A stretch of DNA of 64,000 nucleotides from Octopus vulgaris (taxonomy: Eukaryota): assembly GCA_951406725.2 (NCBI GenBank), contig OX597825.1, positions 7,440,001 to 7,504,000 of the forward strand, given 5' to 3'. Within the stretch, counting starts at the first letter, position 1. Each line of letters begins with the position of its first letter. Positions 39,731-53,198 of this stretch are shown here, one piece after another. Position numbers and translations under genes: made by a program. The notes below the pieces were generated by a model, which searched no databases, was not told the DNA's origin, and worked only from the letters and a program-made list of their open reading frames with translations.

Positions 39731-39979
39731 GAAACACTCCAGTCACAACCTGGGACCTTGAAGACTGCTTTAATTCAAGAAAGTATACCATTGTATATTC
39801 AATATTTCATCTGTTCAATAAGACAATCAATACTTCATTTCATTTTACTATATATATATATTATTTATACTATATATTCTATATTCTACATTAATATTAG
39901 AAAGAATAAAACATAAAAAGCAAACAGAGTTGGAATTCCTTTGAATAATATGTATCCCTCTATACACAATCATACAAAC

Positions 39980-40044
<65 letters not shown>

Positions 40045-40744
40045 CATATATATATACACATATATATGAGTGTGTGTATGCTGTTGAAACGGGATGGCGC
40101 CACATATGTTTCAAATTTGTACGATTATTCAGATGGCCTCATCGCAGAGTATTCTGACCTGTTCGTTTCTCCCCGATGACGTCAGCACCTCACTATTTCA
40201 TTGGTTAATTAAGCTCACCAACGGCACAACAACAAATATCCGGACAAGCAAAACCATGTCGACGTGTCAATTCCCATTACCAATTCAATTGAAATTACCC
40301 CCATCTCCTGCTCAGAGACCACATATTGTTACAGGCCCCCACGAGAACGAAGTGATGTCTAAAAACCTTAAACGCCATGTTTATCACCAAGTCAAGCAAA
40401 AAGTACTTTTGTACATTAATTCTCACCAACTGTTCTTTTATTAATTGTCTGTTATTTTTGCTAATTACGTTAATTTTCGTTGAATTGCAGCTCATCTCTC
40501 TCGACAGCAAGTAAAAGAAAGTTAAATAAAAGATGTTGTCTTTCAGTTGGAAGTTATCACGGTTTACAAGTCACCGACGAGGTTTGTATTAAGTAATTAG
40601 TGACGCCCTGACATCAACTACGATAAACAAATATTGTTGGAGTGTACCCCACGCTACTGTTGATTTATGTTTTAAATGTAAGAATTAATGAAAGGCAGAC
40701 TACATCAACCGAATGAAAATAATTATTCGCTTTATCATATATTA

Positions 40745-40953
40745 TATTGATTTCATATTTTGGCACAAAGCCGGCGATTTCGGCAGTAAGTCGATTACAT
40801 CAAGCCTAGTGTTCAACTGGTACTTATTTCATCGACCCCGAAAGGATGAAAGGCAAATCGGCCCTGGCGGAATTCGAGCTCAAAACGTAATGACGGACGA
40901 AATGTTGCGAGGCATTTTTCTCGGGGTGCAAACGATTCTGCTAACTCGCCGCC
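40745..40953 (-). mobile_element. SINE family A
   Basis: Reverse complement of family A. Confidence 0.85.
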
Positions 40954-41235
40954 TCAATAGATTTATCTACTTGGGGTGAGAACAATGTATGAAGTTAGCT
41001 CGCCCATATCAACCGATATCTTCTCGAAACGGCCGTAGGATTTTGTACATATTTGGGATTCCTCATGAATAATCTTATACTAACTTTCTTATCTACCCTC
41101 CTCATTGATTCTAATACAGACATTCGGACTTCGCAAGTATATCTATGTATTTATACTTACGTGTTTATATATTTATGAATTTTTATTTAGTAAGATGAAT
41201 ATAATCAAAATAAATAACAGAAAGTCAAGTAGTGA

Positions 41236-41321
41236 TGCAGTACGACCGTTTCAAGCGCCTCCATTTAATTAAACAATGTAACCGTTGCATCAGTTTAAAT
41301 ACAGTGCTATCTTCAGTTACA
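41236..41321 (-). ncRNA. Type I hammerhead ribozyme motif, long-stem-II family (copy 2, partly decayed)
   Basis: Minus: TGTAA-CTGAAGA-TAGCACTGTATTTAAACTGATGCAACGGTTACATTGTTTAATTAAATGGAGGCGCTT-GAAA-CGGTC-GTA-CTGCA; homologous to 6623-6712. Confidence 0.62.
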
Positions 41322-41549
41322 ATAAACATGGAATTTTAACAGGCAAGATATATTAATATAATTTTTCTCAAATATTTTGTCAGAGCTAGAGGATGAAAGA
41401 TGCTGTTACTGTTGCAGTAAGAATAATCTAAGGAAAGAACTACAAGTTTGGAGCGCCATAGAACACAATAAAGGTCACAGGATTATAATTCATTTCTAAT
41501 TTTTTTATCTACCTTCTTATCATCAACAAAAGGTCTATGTTTATCCATT

Positions 41550-41722
41550 GGGGGAAGGGATTAAATCGATTACATCGACCTCAGTACGTAACTGGTACTA
41601 ACTTTTTTGGCTCCGAAAAGATGAAAGGCAAAGTCGACCTCGGCGGAATTCGAACTCAATATCTAACGACAGATGAACTACCGCTCTAGCATTTCGCCCG
41701 GCGTGCTAACGATTCTGCCGCC
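41550..41722 (-). mobile_element. SINE family A
   Basis: Reverse complement of family A. Confidence 0.85.
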
Positions 41723-41809
41723 TTAATATAATATAATAAAATGTGAATGTCAGTATGTTATTGTGTCACACTTTTCCAACTTTCTTCCAAAATATCATAC
41801 CATTTTGGA

Positions 41810-42120
41810 ATCAAGCTCACTCCGTGAGTTAATTAAAAGCATTTCGGGCCGAATCCGGACCCACAATCCTGAAATTTTGGATTCCCAAATTTTCATTACG
41901 GTGATTGCTTTCGAAGAATTTTTTTTTATACGTGACTTTTTTGCGACAAATTTTTTTGTATGATAAACAATTTTCATAAACTAAAGGCTAACTCCGTGCG
42001 TAAATAAAAAACATTCCGGGCCAAATCCGAACCTGCAATACCGAAAGCTTGGACTCCTATGTTTTCATTACTGCGATTATTTTCAACGATTTTTTTTTTT
42101 ACAAGATTTTTTTTTGCGAT
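41810..42120. repeat. Diverged tandem duplication, period about 172 bp
   Basis: ACTCCGTG.GT.AAT.AAAA.CATT.CGGGCC.AATCCG.ACC...TTTTCATTAC.G.GATT occurs twice. Confidence 0.75.
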
Positions 42121-42247
42121 GAATATGATCATCAATGGAATTACGACTCTGCAGGAAACAATTGCAACAAATTCTCCAAATCAAGTCTGAGATCAGTTTG
42201 CAGATCTTGCAATTCAGGGTCAGCTGCTTAAAAGCTATATACTAGTG

Positions 42248-42287
<40 letters not shown>

Positions 42288-42312
42288 CACACATAGACAC
42301 ACATATATACAT

Positions 42313-42347
<35 letters not shown>

Positions 42348-42436
42348 CATATATACACGCACACACACACACACACACATATATATACACACATATATAT
42401 ACACACACATATATATATAAATATATACATACATAT

Positions 42437-42512
<76 letters not shown>

Positions 42513-43089
42513 CCATGAATATACATGTCTGTATGTATGCATATGTGAGGAGGTATAAAACTTAATGCCATTTAATGAAGTATTTCCGCAGGATTTAAGT
42601 TCTTCGCACTGGGAAAACAATCAAACTCTCCACACAACAATTCTATTACACTTTGGTTAGCATTCATTTCAATTATCTCCCCCCCTCCTGATTCTGCAAC
42701 ACTTTCTCTCAAATTTTCTCACACGTTCATTTCATGCCTCCTCTCTCTCTTCCCCATCTTTCTTACCCCTCTCTCTCCGCCTCCTCATTCTGTCTGTCTC
42801 ACATTATATATATATATATATATATATATACTCATACACATATACATACGTTTATGTATCCGTTTGTATATGCATGTGTCTATGTTTGCACACGCACGCA
42901 CACACGTCCATACACACGCGAACATACACAAATACAAACAAGCACACACATACGCACAGCAAATTTGAAAATCCGGTCTAATTAGAGATTACTTTACAAT
43001 ATCTTTTAAGCTTTTTTGAATCAATGTCTGTTCGTGTGGATTATTTATATCTCTAACAAGTCTCACATATGCGCTTGTTTGAATGAATG

Positions 43090-43155
<66 letters not shown>

Positions 43156-43869
43156 CAGATCCGCACCAAACCGACTCAGCCTCCACACACATAAAATACA
43201 CCTGCTACATATACAAGCACAATTAACAGAACCTCAATTAATTGTTGTAAATATGTTATATTTGTGTCATTCTCTTAAATAATCACGTGTGCTCACGCAC
43301 ACACACACACACATACATTTTACACACACATTCATGCACACACACACAACCACTCACACATTCACACTTAAATCTTCTCTATTGACAAATCCATACGCAT
43401 ACATTATACATATATACACATGCACTTTGGAACACAGACAGCTGCTAACAAACGTTCTTATTCATTCACTGATGCGTATACGGACTCTTACACACGTACA
43501 TAGAATGCTCATATATTTACGAACCAAAATATAGACCAATGACATACACTACTTCACACGTGTATAACTGAGCTTTGTAAACAGGGACACATTTTGGATA
43601 TTTTCATACAACTTTCACATGTCTTATAAATATTCCGCTAGAAATTGCTTTATTACACATGCATGAACGCGTACATACGTACAGACATGTACGCATAGAT
43701 AAATATATATAAATTGATACATATACATATATACACACATATATACATATAAATATAAGTATAATACGTATATACGTATATGCATATAAATATATGAATA
43801 TGTAAATACGTAGACACTTAGATAAGTTTCAGTTAGAATTGGCCCAGTCCAAGACTACAATAGCAATGA

Positions 43870-44085
43870 ATATACATCATTGGAAACGTATGGAGATGCA
43901 GAAAACATGAGAAGCCTTATGTGGAACAATATGAAATGTTGGAGAACTGAACTGACAGCGGGGAATCAGATATTGGGAGAAATGAAAATTAGGAGAGGAA
44001 TCTTCCAGAGGGGCAGTGTATCCCTACTAATATTTGTACTGGAAATGATTGTCTTGAGTGAAATACTACAGAAGACACAGTTGGA
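43870..44085 (+). mobile_element. R4/Dong-like reverse-transcriptase fragment
   Basis: NMKCWRTELTAGNQILGEMKIRRGIFQRGSVSLLIFVLEMIVLSEIL matches the RT motif RGIFQGDSLSPLLF. Confidence 0.8.
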
Positions 44086-44587
44086 AGATTCCAATCAGGG
44101 AAGATTCTACTAAAGCCGCTTCTCAAAATAGTCGACCTCGTGCCAAAATTTGAAACCCCTAACAATGCATGGAACCCACGAGTTAAAAAGAATAATAGTA
44201 GTTACAAATTTTTGAATGAGATCAGCAAGTTTGGAGCAGGGGCTAAGTCGATTAAATCAACCCTAGTGTTGAACTGGGGGCCGGATTTAATAGACACCAT
44301 TGACCTAGTACTTGTCCGTTATTTATTTTACCGACTCCGGACAGATGAAAGGTAAATTTAACCTTACCAGGATTTCAGCTTTGCTTTTCATCTGGGGTTG
44401 ACAAACTATAACTTAAGTACTGAAGTTGATGACATCAATTGTTCCCCTGCTCTATAAAAGACTGAGTACCTAACTTATCTTCTGGTTGTTTTCTTCTGTT
44501 AGGTGCTAAGATTGTTTATCAGCGTTTTATATTTGCTGTTTCAGTTTATCATCGTTTACCTCATGATTGCATTGCTCTATTCCAATA

Positions 44588-44978
44588 CTAGCAGTATCGC
44601 CCGGCGTTGCTCGGGTTTGTTCCGACCCTTTAGAATTGAAATTTTTGAAAAGTAAAAATTTGGAATTATGTAGCTTCTTATTCTCTTTCAGTGGACATTT
44701 TTCTGGTTGAAATACACCGAAAAATAGGGACACAGCAGTCAAAAAATCGTAAAAATAGGGATTTTCATAGAAAAAAATCACATTTTTGATGTAAATAATT
44801 TTTGGTGTTAACATGGTTCGATTTGAATTTTCTCTCCTACGGAAGGAAGAGCAAGTCTTCTTCTATCATACTCTCAATTTTGGTCAACTTGCGCCGCAGG
44901 GTTTCTGAGGAGATAGTGTTAGTTGAAGGCTACCAAACCTGCCATACACAGACAACTTCAACTTTATATATATAGAGA
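44588..44978 (-). mobile_element. Complete non-autonomous Helitron
   Basis: Minus strand starts A|TCTCTATATATATAAAG and ends with GC hairpin CCCGAGCAACGCCGGG followed by CTAG|T; A/T insertion site, no TSD. Confidence 0.85.
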
Positions 44979-45833
44979 TGTAACAATTTCCTTCTTGTCC
45001 AATTTACTGCTTTTATAATTAGCGTTCATTATTTCTTTTTTTCTAATTTGTTACAATATTTCTCTTCTTCTCTTGTCTATTATCGCGTCACTCATTGAAT
45101 AAGTTCTCATTCGCGCAAATCTGATATCGGATGCATATCAAAACTAGGGTCTTACTTTTGGTAATTGTTTACCACATATCTATGTCCGATCTTACTAAAT
45201 CTGGAATACTTTTCAAAATGCTAAGTGTTTGCTTTTTTTAAAAATACGTTTGGAATCTCAAAGTTTTATATTTCTTTGTTTTAACTATTTTTATTAATAT
45301 TTAAGTCATTTTTGTGCACTTTTTTAATAAATCAAATTTTGTATTTAAATATTTTATGCTGTATTTTCCGTATTTTATTTTATTTTATTCTTCTCCGATG
45401 TTTGTTTGTTTGCACGTTTGTGTTACACGTGATTTCATTTTCGTTACTCGTTCCTCCACCGCCCTAAAATCATATCTCATTTCTCTATATTTACAAACAA
45501 ACAATTACAATAAGCTATTTTTGAACGTGACTCACTAGAAAAGCAAACGCGGAAAGAAATAAAGCAAAAACTAATTAAGTCATAAAGTGCGGCTGAAGAG
45601 CTTAACGGATGTCAAAACGTAACTAACAAAAACGAATTGATATCCCAGGATATTAATATAGTGACTAAGATGAATTTTGTAAACAATAGAAAATATAATT
45701 ATATAAACATAATCTAAATAGTTTCTCTATATTAAAAACGAACCATTGTCATTCTGTTCCCCAGAGTTGACGAAAACAATTTGTTACAAAAAATTGCAAG
45801 TGCAGAAAAAACAAGATTTACTTTCTGTAGCTG

Positions 45834-45882
<49 letters not shown>

Positions 45883-45945
45883 CATATATATACATATATA
45901 TATGTACATATATATACATATATATATGTACATATATATATGTAC

Positions 45946-46025
<80 letters not shown>

Positions 46026-46970
46026 GTATATATATATATATATATATATTTCTCCAACTAACAACCAATCAATCTTTGTTATCCCCTATGTATATAAATA
46101 CAAACACACACCCTAAGTCACTAGGATCTGACTGGGGCCTACAGATATCCTAAGCACAGATTAACCAAGTCGTTCTCTCGTTCCTTCCACAGTGTAGCTG
46201 ACGAGACGTTAATTGGACTGTAAATACTGATTATAAAATTCTGATCAGGAAATAATGAATTTATAATTTAGTTTCGTTCAAACCTTTTGCAAACCGAACC
46301 ACGACGATAAATGGAACCCAAGAAAAATTTGTATCGAACTGCGTTAGCCAAAATTAATCGAAAATATTCGTGGCGAAATAAAATAACTGTGCGTTGGTTT
46401 GCTGCGTTTTGTGAAGAATTACAGCGTTTTAGACACTTGTTTATTTTTGAGAGAAAGAAAATATTATACTGAAGAGAGTATGATGCGGTTGGTAGATACA
46501 AGAAGAGAGTATGATTAGAGTGGGCGATGGTGTAAGTAGAGCGAGGGAGAAGAGTGTAAGGAGAGGCGGAGGAAGTGAGTAAATAATTGTAGAGAGAGAC
46601 AATTCCGTTGAAGTAGGAAGATCAGGGGGAGTGAACCGAGTAAATTGAGGAGTGACCCACTCCTCATTTAATTCGCAGTAATTTTTCACTGCGTTATATT
46701 TTAAATAAATCTGTTTTTCAATTTTGTTTATTTAACGCTTAATAGCAAAAAAGCAACATAAGCAAAATTATAGACTTAGTCATCGAAGGCAACAAGCAAA
46801 ATTGCATATTTTCAGTATTTTCATTCATTCATTCAGAAAAAAAAAGAAACAAGCAACGCAAAACGAATTTTATACAGATACACATTAGTAAATCAGGCCC
46901 AACTGTAAACAAGAACACACACACACACACATATGCACATGCATCGTATATATATATATGTGTGTGTGTA

Positions 46971-47018
<48 letters not shown>

Positions 47019-47865
47019 GATAGAATTAAAGAGATATAAATAATGTAACTTTGCTGCCATAATTCTTTATGTATGTTAATTCACTTACACACGCACATAT
47101 ATACACTCACTGGTTCGCGCTCACTCAAATACACACGCATGCGCGCACACATACACCATCCCATTATCTCTGATAATTTAATTGGCGAAAATCTCAAGTC
47201 TTATATTTTGTATTCTTTGCAAGCATTTTGTTAAAAAACAGTATAACGTAATTGACAAACAGTAGTCACACAATCTCTCCTCCCCTTCCTCCTCCTCCTC
47301 TTCCTCCTCCTCCTTTTGCTCACTCTTACACACACACACACACACACCCACACACATACACTTAAGATACAAACGTTGAATTAAAATCTCCAAATAACTA
47401 TTCTTATAATAGATTTCTATTTTCGACAACTGAACACTTCTATTATTATAAAGAAACAATTACATTGAAATTTCAAAAATAGCAACAGAAATATTGTTCT
47501 GAGAGGAATCCATGTTTCTTGTTTACTGTTTTCACTTTGACTTCGTATTAGTATCAATTTTACTTTTTTGAATTTTGTTCAGATATTTACCGAGAGACAA
47601 AATAAATCGTTCGTTAGTTGTTTGGTGTTTAGCACCAAGACTGTACAGCTGGAACGGAGGGAAAGGTGAGAAACATTACTGCCATGGTTATCAGTGGTTA
47701 TCCCTTGGTCAGTAAACCTCGAGCAAACGTGGACTAGAAAGAAATCTAGTCGTGACCAGTCCGTGTTATTTCTTCAATTAAAAATATTTCAAATTTTTCA
47801 GACGGAAAGATTTAATTTCAAGATGTAACTAGTGTATATATAGCAGGGTGGCTGACAACCTAGCA

Positions 47866-48119
47866 GAGTGGTTGTCAACCGGGGTCTGCATGACATTTGG
47901 GGTCCATATAAGGCTTTGCTGTTAAAGACTATGTGCAATAAAGGAGTCATGCTTCTACAATAAACAAAATAATTTAACGATTTTTTATACAGTCCCTAAT
48001 AATATTTAATTGTAAAAATATATTAGGATATTTTTAAAGAATCAAATGGCTATGAGGGTTCACCCGAGTAAAATACAAATCAAAGGGGTCTATATGCAAA
48101 AAGTAGTTGAGAATCATTG
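47866..48119. mobile_element. hAT (Charlie-like) MITE
   Basis: Ends GAGTGGTTGTCAAC / GTTGAGAATCATTG resemble CAGTGGTTCTCAAC TIRs; flanks ACCTAGCA / GCCTACAA may be a decayed 8-bp TSD. Confidence 0.6.
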
Positions 48120-48136
48120 GCCTACAATATCTCTTG

Positions 48137-48269
48137 CTGGTTCGTGCGACGGTCCCTGGTTTGTGCGATTGCTCCTTTTCCGTGCGACGGCTGCTGGTTC
48201 GGGTAACTGCCGCTGGTTTGTGCGACTGACACTGATTCGTGCGACGGCCCCTGTTCTGTGTAACTGCCA
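48137..48269. repeat. 19-bp GC-rich minisatellite, 7 copies
   Basis: Units like CTGGTTCGTGCGACGGTCC in exact 19-nt register. Confidence 0.9.
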
Positions 48270-48579
48270 CAGGGTAGTCAATAGTATAGTGGCTATCAGC
48301 TGGGGTCTATATAAGATTTGGGGTTAGTCTACGTAGCAAAATAGAAAATTGGAGATGTACAAGAGTATTTTAAAGGCTCCTGAAAAAAACTTTGCTGTAG
48401 ATGTATGTATTGCAAGAAATGGCCAGGTTTCTTTCTCTATTTCTAAGTTATTGTGAAAATTTGAGGATATGTATGTATGTATGATGTTTGTATGATGTAT
48501 GTATGTATGTGTGTGTATGTATGTATATATCTATGTGTATGTGTTTACGTATGTTTGTATATATGTATGCATGTATGTA

Positions 48580-49003
48580 TGTCTTCTATTTTTTTGATTA
48601 TTATAAATCTTCCACTGAGGAGGGAACCGGTTTCCAACAAAGATACAAGGCTCCATCTTTGGGATATAGTTAACACAGTCAAATTTACGTTGGGAACTTG
48701 AGAAAAGTCTTGCATGTTTTTACTGTTCCACTCACAAATTGGACTTGTACGAATCAGCGGTTAATTTCTCCTGAAAATCCCAGTTTATCCAGATTCTCTT
48801 TTAAGCATTTACCAAGAAAACCTAGTGCTCCAATTATTATTGGTATGAATATGAATTCATAGTCTGGATATAGAAGTTGGAGGTTTCGAAGCAGTTGTCC
48901 ATAGATATCCTTTTTCTTTAATTTTCAAAGAGATATTTATACCTGCAGGGCAGCCAACCTCTATGATGGTACACACTTTTGCCCTCTCTGTCCGAAGCAA
49001 CAA
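48580..49003 (-). mobile_element. R4/Dong-like 3' end, second subfamily
   Basis: KVCTIIEVGCPAGINISLKIKEK / YGQLLRNLQLLYPDYEFIFIPIIIGALGF...GTVKTCKTFLKF; homologous to 18240-18778. Confidence 0.82.
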
Positions 49004-50016
49004 TATGTATGTATATTTGTATGTATGTACGTATATACGTATGCATGTATGCACGTATGTGTGCATATGCATGTATATATGTATGACACGTGATAGAAAC
49101 ATCCAAATTCGACCTGTCACGGCAATATGCAATCCGTGCGATATTGCCAAGACCAAATGTTAAAACGGCTCCAACGACAATGAGCTGACTCGCATTCACC
49201 TCATTAACTGGGACACTCAGAATACGGAGAATTCTCTGAAATTCTGCAAATATAAATTTGCCAGTCTCTCGCTTTGCCTACTTTTCTAATTTACCTTAGC
49301 AATATCAATGGAAGATGAAGATAAAGATTAGCCGTTTTCTTTGTGAGAGAAAATTTAAATTTTAACGATTTCGCACATCTAATGACAGCTGCAGTTTATT
49401 GTGAATAGAAGACATTTAATTATGTAGCTTTGAAATGAATTTATTCTAATTTAATTTTCATTCTTTTGTTAATGCCGAGGAGAGAAAGAGCGAGAGAGAC
49501 TCAGAGAGACAGACAAACAGAGATAGAGATAGAGAGAGACAGGCACAGAGAGATGGAGAGAGAGCGTTAGCAACAGGCCGCGGTTGTGTCAAAGATCAGT
49601 GTGACACGAGTTGGTTGGTGTGAAAGAGAAATGCGATGAAAGAAACTCTTGTCTTGCTTTCTACATAATACAGACTTCAAAGTTTGAATAGATGACGACA
49701 GGTCGAGGAAGCTAACTGAAATCACCAACTGCCATACTTTCCTGCATCATTGACTGCTTTCACTGACTCATTCAATGAAACTCATACAACCACAGCCATT
49801 TATTTATTTATTTATTTGTTTATTTATTTATCTTGCATTTTGTGAACAATAGCGCCGTTGGATGTCGGTTTTCAACGGGCCAATCACATTTCCGATGGTG
49901 AAAGTGATAAGAGAATGTCTGTGCGTCTGTGCAACCCGGGTGGATTATATACCAAAACGTATTTTTATTCTAACGTACTGTTCATCGTTTCTTTATATAA
50001 ATAAATATATTTTCCT

Positions 50017-50049
<33 letters not shown>

Positions 50050-50054
50050 TTATC

Positions 50055-50119
<65 letters not shown>

Positions 50120-50128
50120 GTCTATCTG

Positions 50129-50184
<56 letters not shown>

Positions 50185-50185
50185 C
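50017..50185. repeat. (TCTA)n microsatellite
   Basis: Direct run; another at about 53960-54112. Confidence 0.95.
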
Positions 50186-50409
50186 ACACACACACACATA
50201 CATATATATATATTTATACACCACATATATATATATATATATTTACGCCTGTATATATGTGTTTGTGTGTGCCCGCGCAAGTGTATGACAGATAGAGAAA
50301 GAAAGAAAATGAGTGTGAGAGAGAGGGGGAGAGAGGGGAAGGTTAGAATAAACTCGTGCTCATTCATTCATAAATCTAACACAATTCAATGAAATGCCGG
50401 TCACATACA

Positions 50410-51720
50410 AACAGAATTTTGGGGTTGAATGGAGACGAGTGGAAGACAGAACCTAAGGCAGGTAAGCCGCGTTTTAAGGCTGTGTGAACCTCATGTCCAA
50501 GGAGAGATGTAGGTCCTTGGTTTTACGGGTCACTTTTGAAAGAAAACGTTGAAGAAAAACGGAAACAAACTTATTTGGAGGAATGCTTGCGTAGGTTACA
50601 GGATCGAAATCTAGGTTCAATACCTCCTCGGGGGTGTTATGAACATTCAGTAAATTCCCAAGAAGGATCTTTCGCAAAACGGCAGCTAGTTTTGCTAAAG
50701 TATGATGCACCGTAGAGCTTGTGAGTGAAAGGGGTCTATTCCCGTTGATATTAGAGCTGGTTTTTAGCCGAGTGAGCGTGAGATGAAGGGTTGAGTAAGA
50801 AGGCATCTTTGTTTTGGTTTGTGTCTGGAGGGAAGGAATGGATGATTTGAAGGATTGGCAAGATTTTTTTATCGCATTGAAAGGAGAGATAGGATGTTGC
50901 GGGATAGCAGAGCTGAAAAGGAAAGATGTAAAGGCAAATGTACTGAAGCAGCCGTGCTAGTGGAGGAGGAGTCAGGTGAGTGGGGGTCGTAAAGATAATT
51001 CAGAATTCAGGAGAGCGGTTCGTGACACGGTTTGCAGTGCTTCGGCTGATGAGTTAAGATTTGATGGGTGGCGGAGTGAACATACCAAGATATAGGCGCA
51101 GGTGTGGTTGTGGGGTAAGAAGCTTGCTTCTCAACCACATGGTACCGGGTTCAATCCCACTGCATGGCACCTTGGGAAAGTGTCTTCTTCTACAGTCACG
51201 TGCCGACCAAAGGTTTGTGAGTGGATCGGATAGACCGAAACCGGAAGAAGCCTGTCGCGCACACACACACACATATGTGTGTGTGTATTTGTGTGTATAT
51301 GTGTGTGCTTCCCTCCATCGCTTGACAATCAATGTTGGTGTGTCTACGTCCCCGTAACCTAGCGGTTTGGCAAAAGTGCCCGACAGAATAAGTACTAGGC
51401 TTACAAAGAATAAGTCATGGGATCGATTTAGTCGACTAAAGGCGGTACTCCAGCATGGCCGCAGTCAAATAACTGAAACAGGTAAAAGAACAAAAGAAAG
51501 TCAGCGATGACGAAGTGGGTTTTTGTTTTTCAATGCAGAATTGCTATTTTTAAGGAAAAATGGGGAAAATGAAGGTGGATTCCGTGCCGAGTGGATGTCA
51601 CCAATAAATTTAGGAATCGAGTGGGATGCGGTGATGGAAGAAGACTCTGAGAACTGGAAGTCCTTCGTCTTTGAGAAGTACAAGGAATTTATGTCAAGGT
51701 AAAGAGGAGTGAGTGTATAG
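50410..51720 (-). mobile_element. Very old LINE ORF2 (APE endonuclease region) remnant interrupted by a SINE
   Basis: Degenerate IGDIHS (GDFN-like) and SVHLPL (SDH.P-like) motifs in order on the minus strand either side of the SINE. Confidence 0.35.
51095..51499 (+). mobile_element. SINE family B (full length)
   Basis: Colinear with 11118-11575. Confidence 0.9.
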
Positions 51721-51787
51721 TGTCAGCTTAAATTATCCAACCGACTATTGTTGAGTTGCTATATTATCTTCGCATTCGAGCACTTGA

Positions 51788-51880
51788 GTGTGTGTGTGTG
51801 TGTGTGTGAGTGGATGAGTGAGTGGGTGAGTTTTTACTCAGTTTCTGTCAAAGTCTACTCTCAAAATATCGATCACCCCG

Positions 51881-51921
<41 letters not shown>

Positions 51922-51938
51922 ACGTGCGCGCTCAATCG

Positions 51939-51980
<42 letters not shown>

Positions 51981-52290
51981 TGAGTGAGTTTTTACTCAGT
52001 TTCTGTCAAAGTCTACTTTCGACATATTGATCCCCCCGACGCTACGTGTGTGTATGTGTGTGTGTGTGTGTGTGCGTGTGTGTGTGTGAGTGAGAGTGTG
52101 AGAGTGAGTGAGTTTTTACTCAGTTTCTGTCTACTCTCAACATATTGATCACTCCGACGCTATGTGTGTGTGTGTGTATGTGTGTTTGAGTGAGAGTTCT
52201 TTCTCAGTTTCTGTCAAAGTCTACTTTCAAAATTGTTCCCCCCGACGCTATGTGTATGCATGTGTATGTGTGTGTATCTGTGTGTGTGGG
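51788..52290. repeat. Compound satellite: four about 58-bp units separated by variable (TG)n
   Basis: GAGTTTTTACTCAGTTTCTGTCAAAGTCTACT.TC.A.ATATTGATC.CCCCGAC at about 51828, 51986, 52110 and 52194. Confidence 0.9.
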
Positions 52291-52913
52291 TGCGGTATTC
52301 ATAAACCTTGGAATAAGTCAAACTATTCTACAATTGTTTAGTGAAAGCACCGCTCTCTCTCTCTCTCCCCCTTTCTGCCTCTGTTTCCCTTTTCTCTTCC
52401 CCTCTCTCCAATTTCTCTGCTTTTTCAACTTCTCCTTCCCCATCAATTCTGTCCGAAGAAGCACAAATCTCCTAGAAATTAGTTATTTTGTCTCTCCCCC
52501 CCCCCTAACAGAAAATCAGTCGTAGAACACTTCTATGAATTATATACATTGCATAAAATTCGGCACATACGCACACTTTACACGCTTTTCCCCCACTCTC
52601 CATGCAGAGAGTTAGAATGTAAAAGACGAATAAGTAAGTTAAAAAATATGAAATTGGAAAAATACACTCGGGAAAAACACGGAGACAAAGAGAGAGGGGG
52701 AGAGGGCGGGAGAGAGAGAGAGATAAAGAGAAGTGTTGGAGAGAGGGTGGGAGCAACGTATACTATCGTTGATAAATTTGGAAGAGTTGAAGGAAAAAGA
52801 GGAGAGACGAGAATGGGAAAAAGAGAGAGAGAGAGGGGGAGAGAGAGAAAGAGAGACAGAGAAAAGAAAAGAAAGAGTGAAAGAGAGAGAGGTTGTAGTG
52901 AGTGGTGAAACAT

Positions 52914-52953
<40 letters not shown>

Positions 52954-53026
52954 ATATATATATATGTGTACATATATATATATGTATATATATATATGTG
53001 TATATATATATATATATGTGTATATA

Positions 53027-53071
<45 letters not shown>

Positions 53072-53078
53072 ATATATA

Positions 53079-53109
<31 letters not shown>

Positions 53110-53126
53110 GTGTATATATATATGTG

Positions 53127-53198
<72 letters not shown>

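Noticed and set aside
45585-45630. CTGAAGA...AAAACGTA hammerhead-like string
   Set aside because: GAAA is absent and stems I and II do not pair
51788-52290. CRISPR-like repeat/spacer appearance
   Set aside because: Spacers are (TG)n, the context is eukaryotic and there are no cas genes
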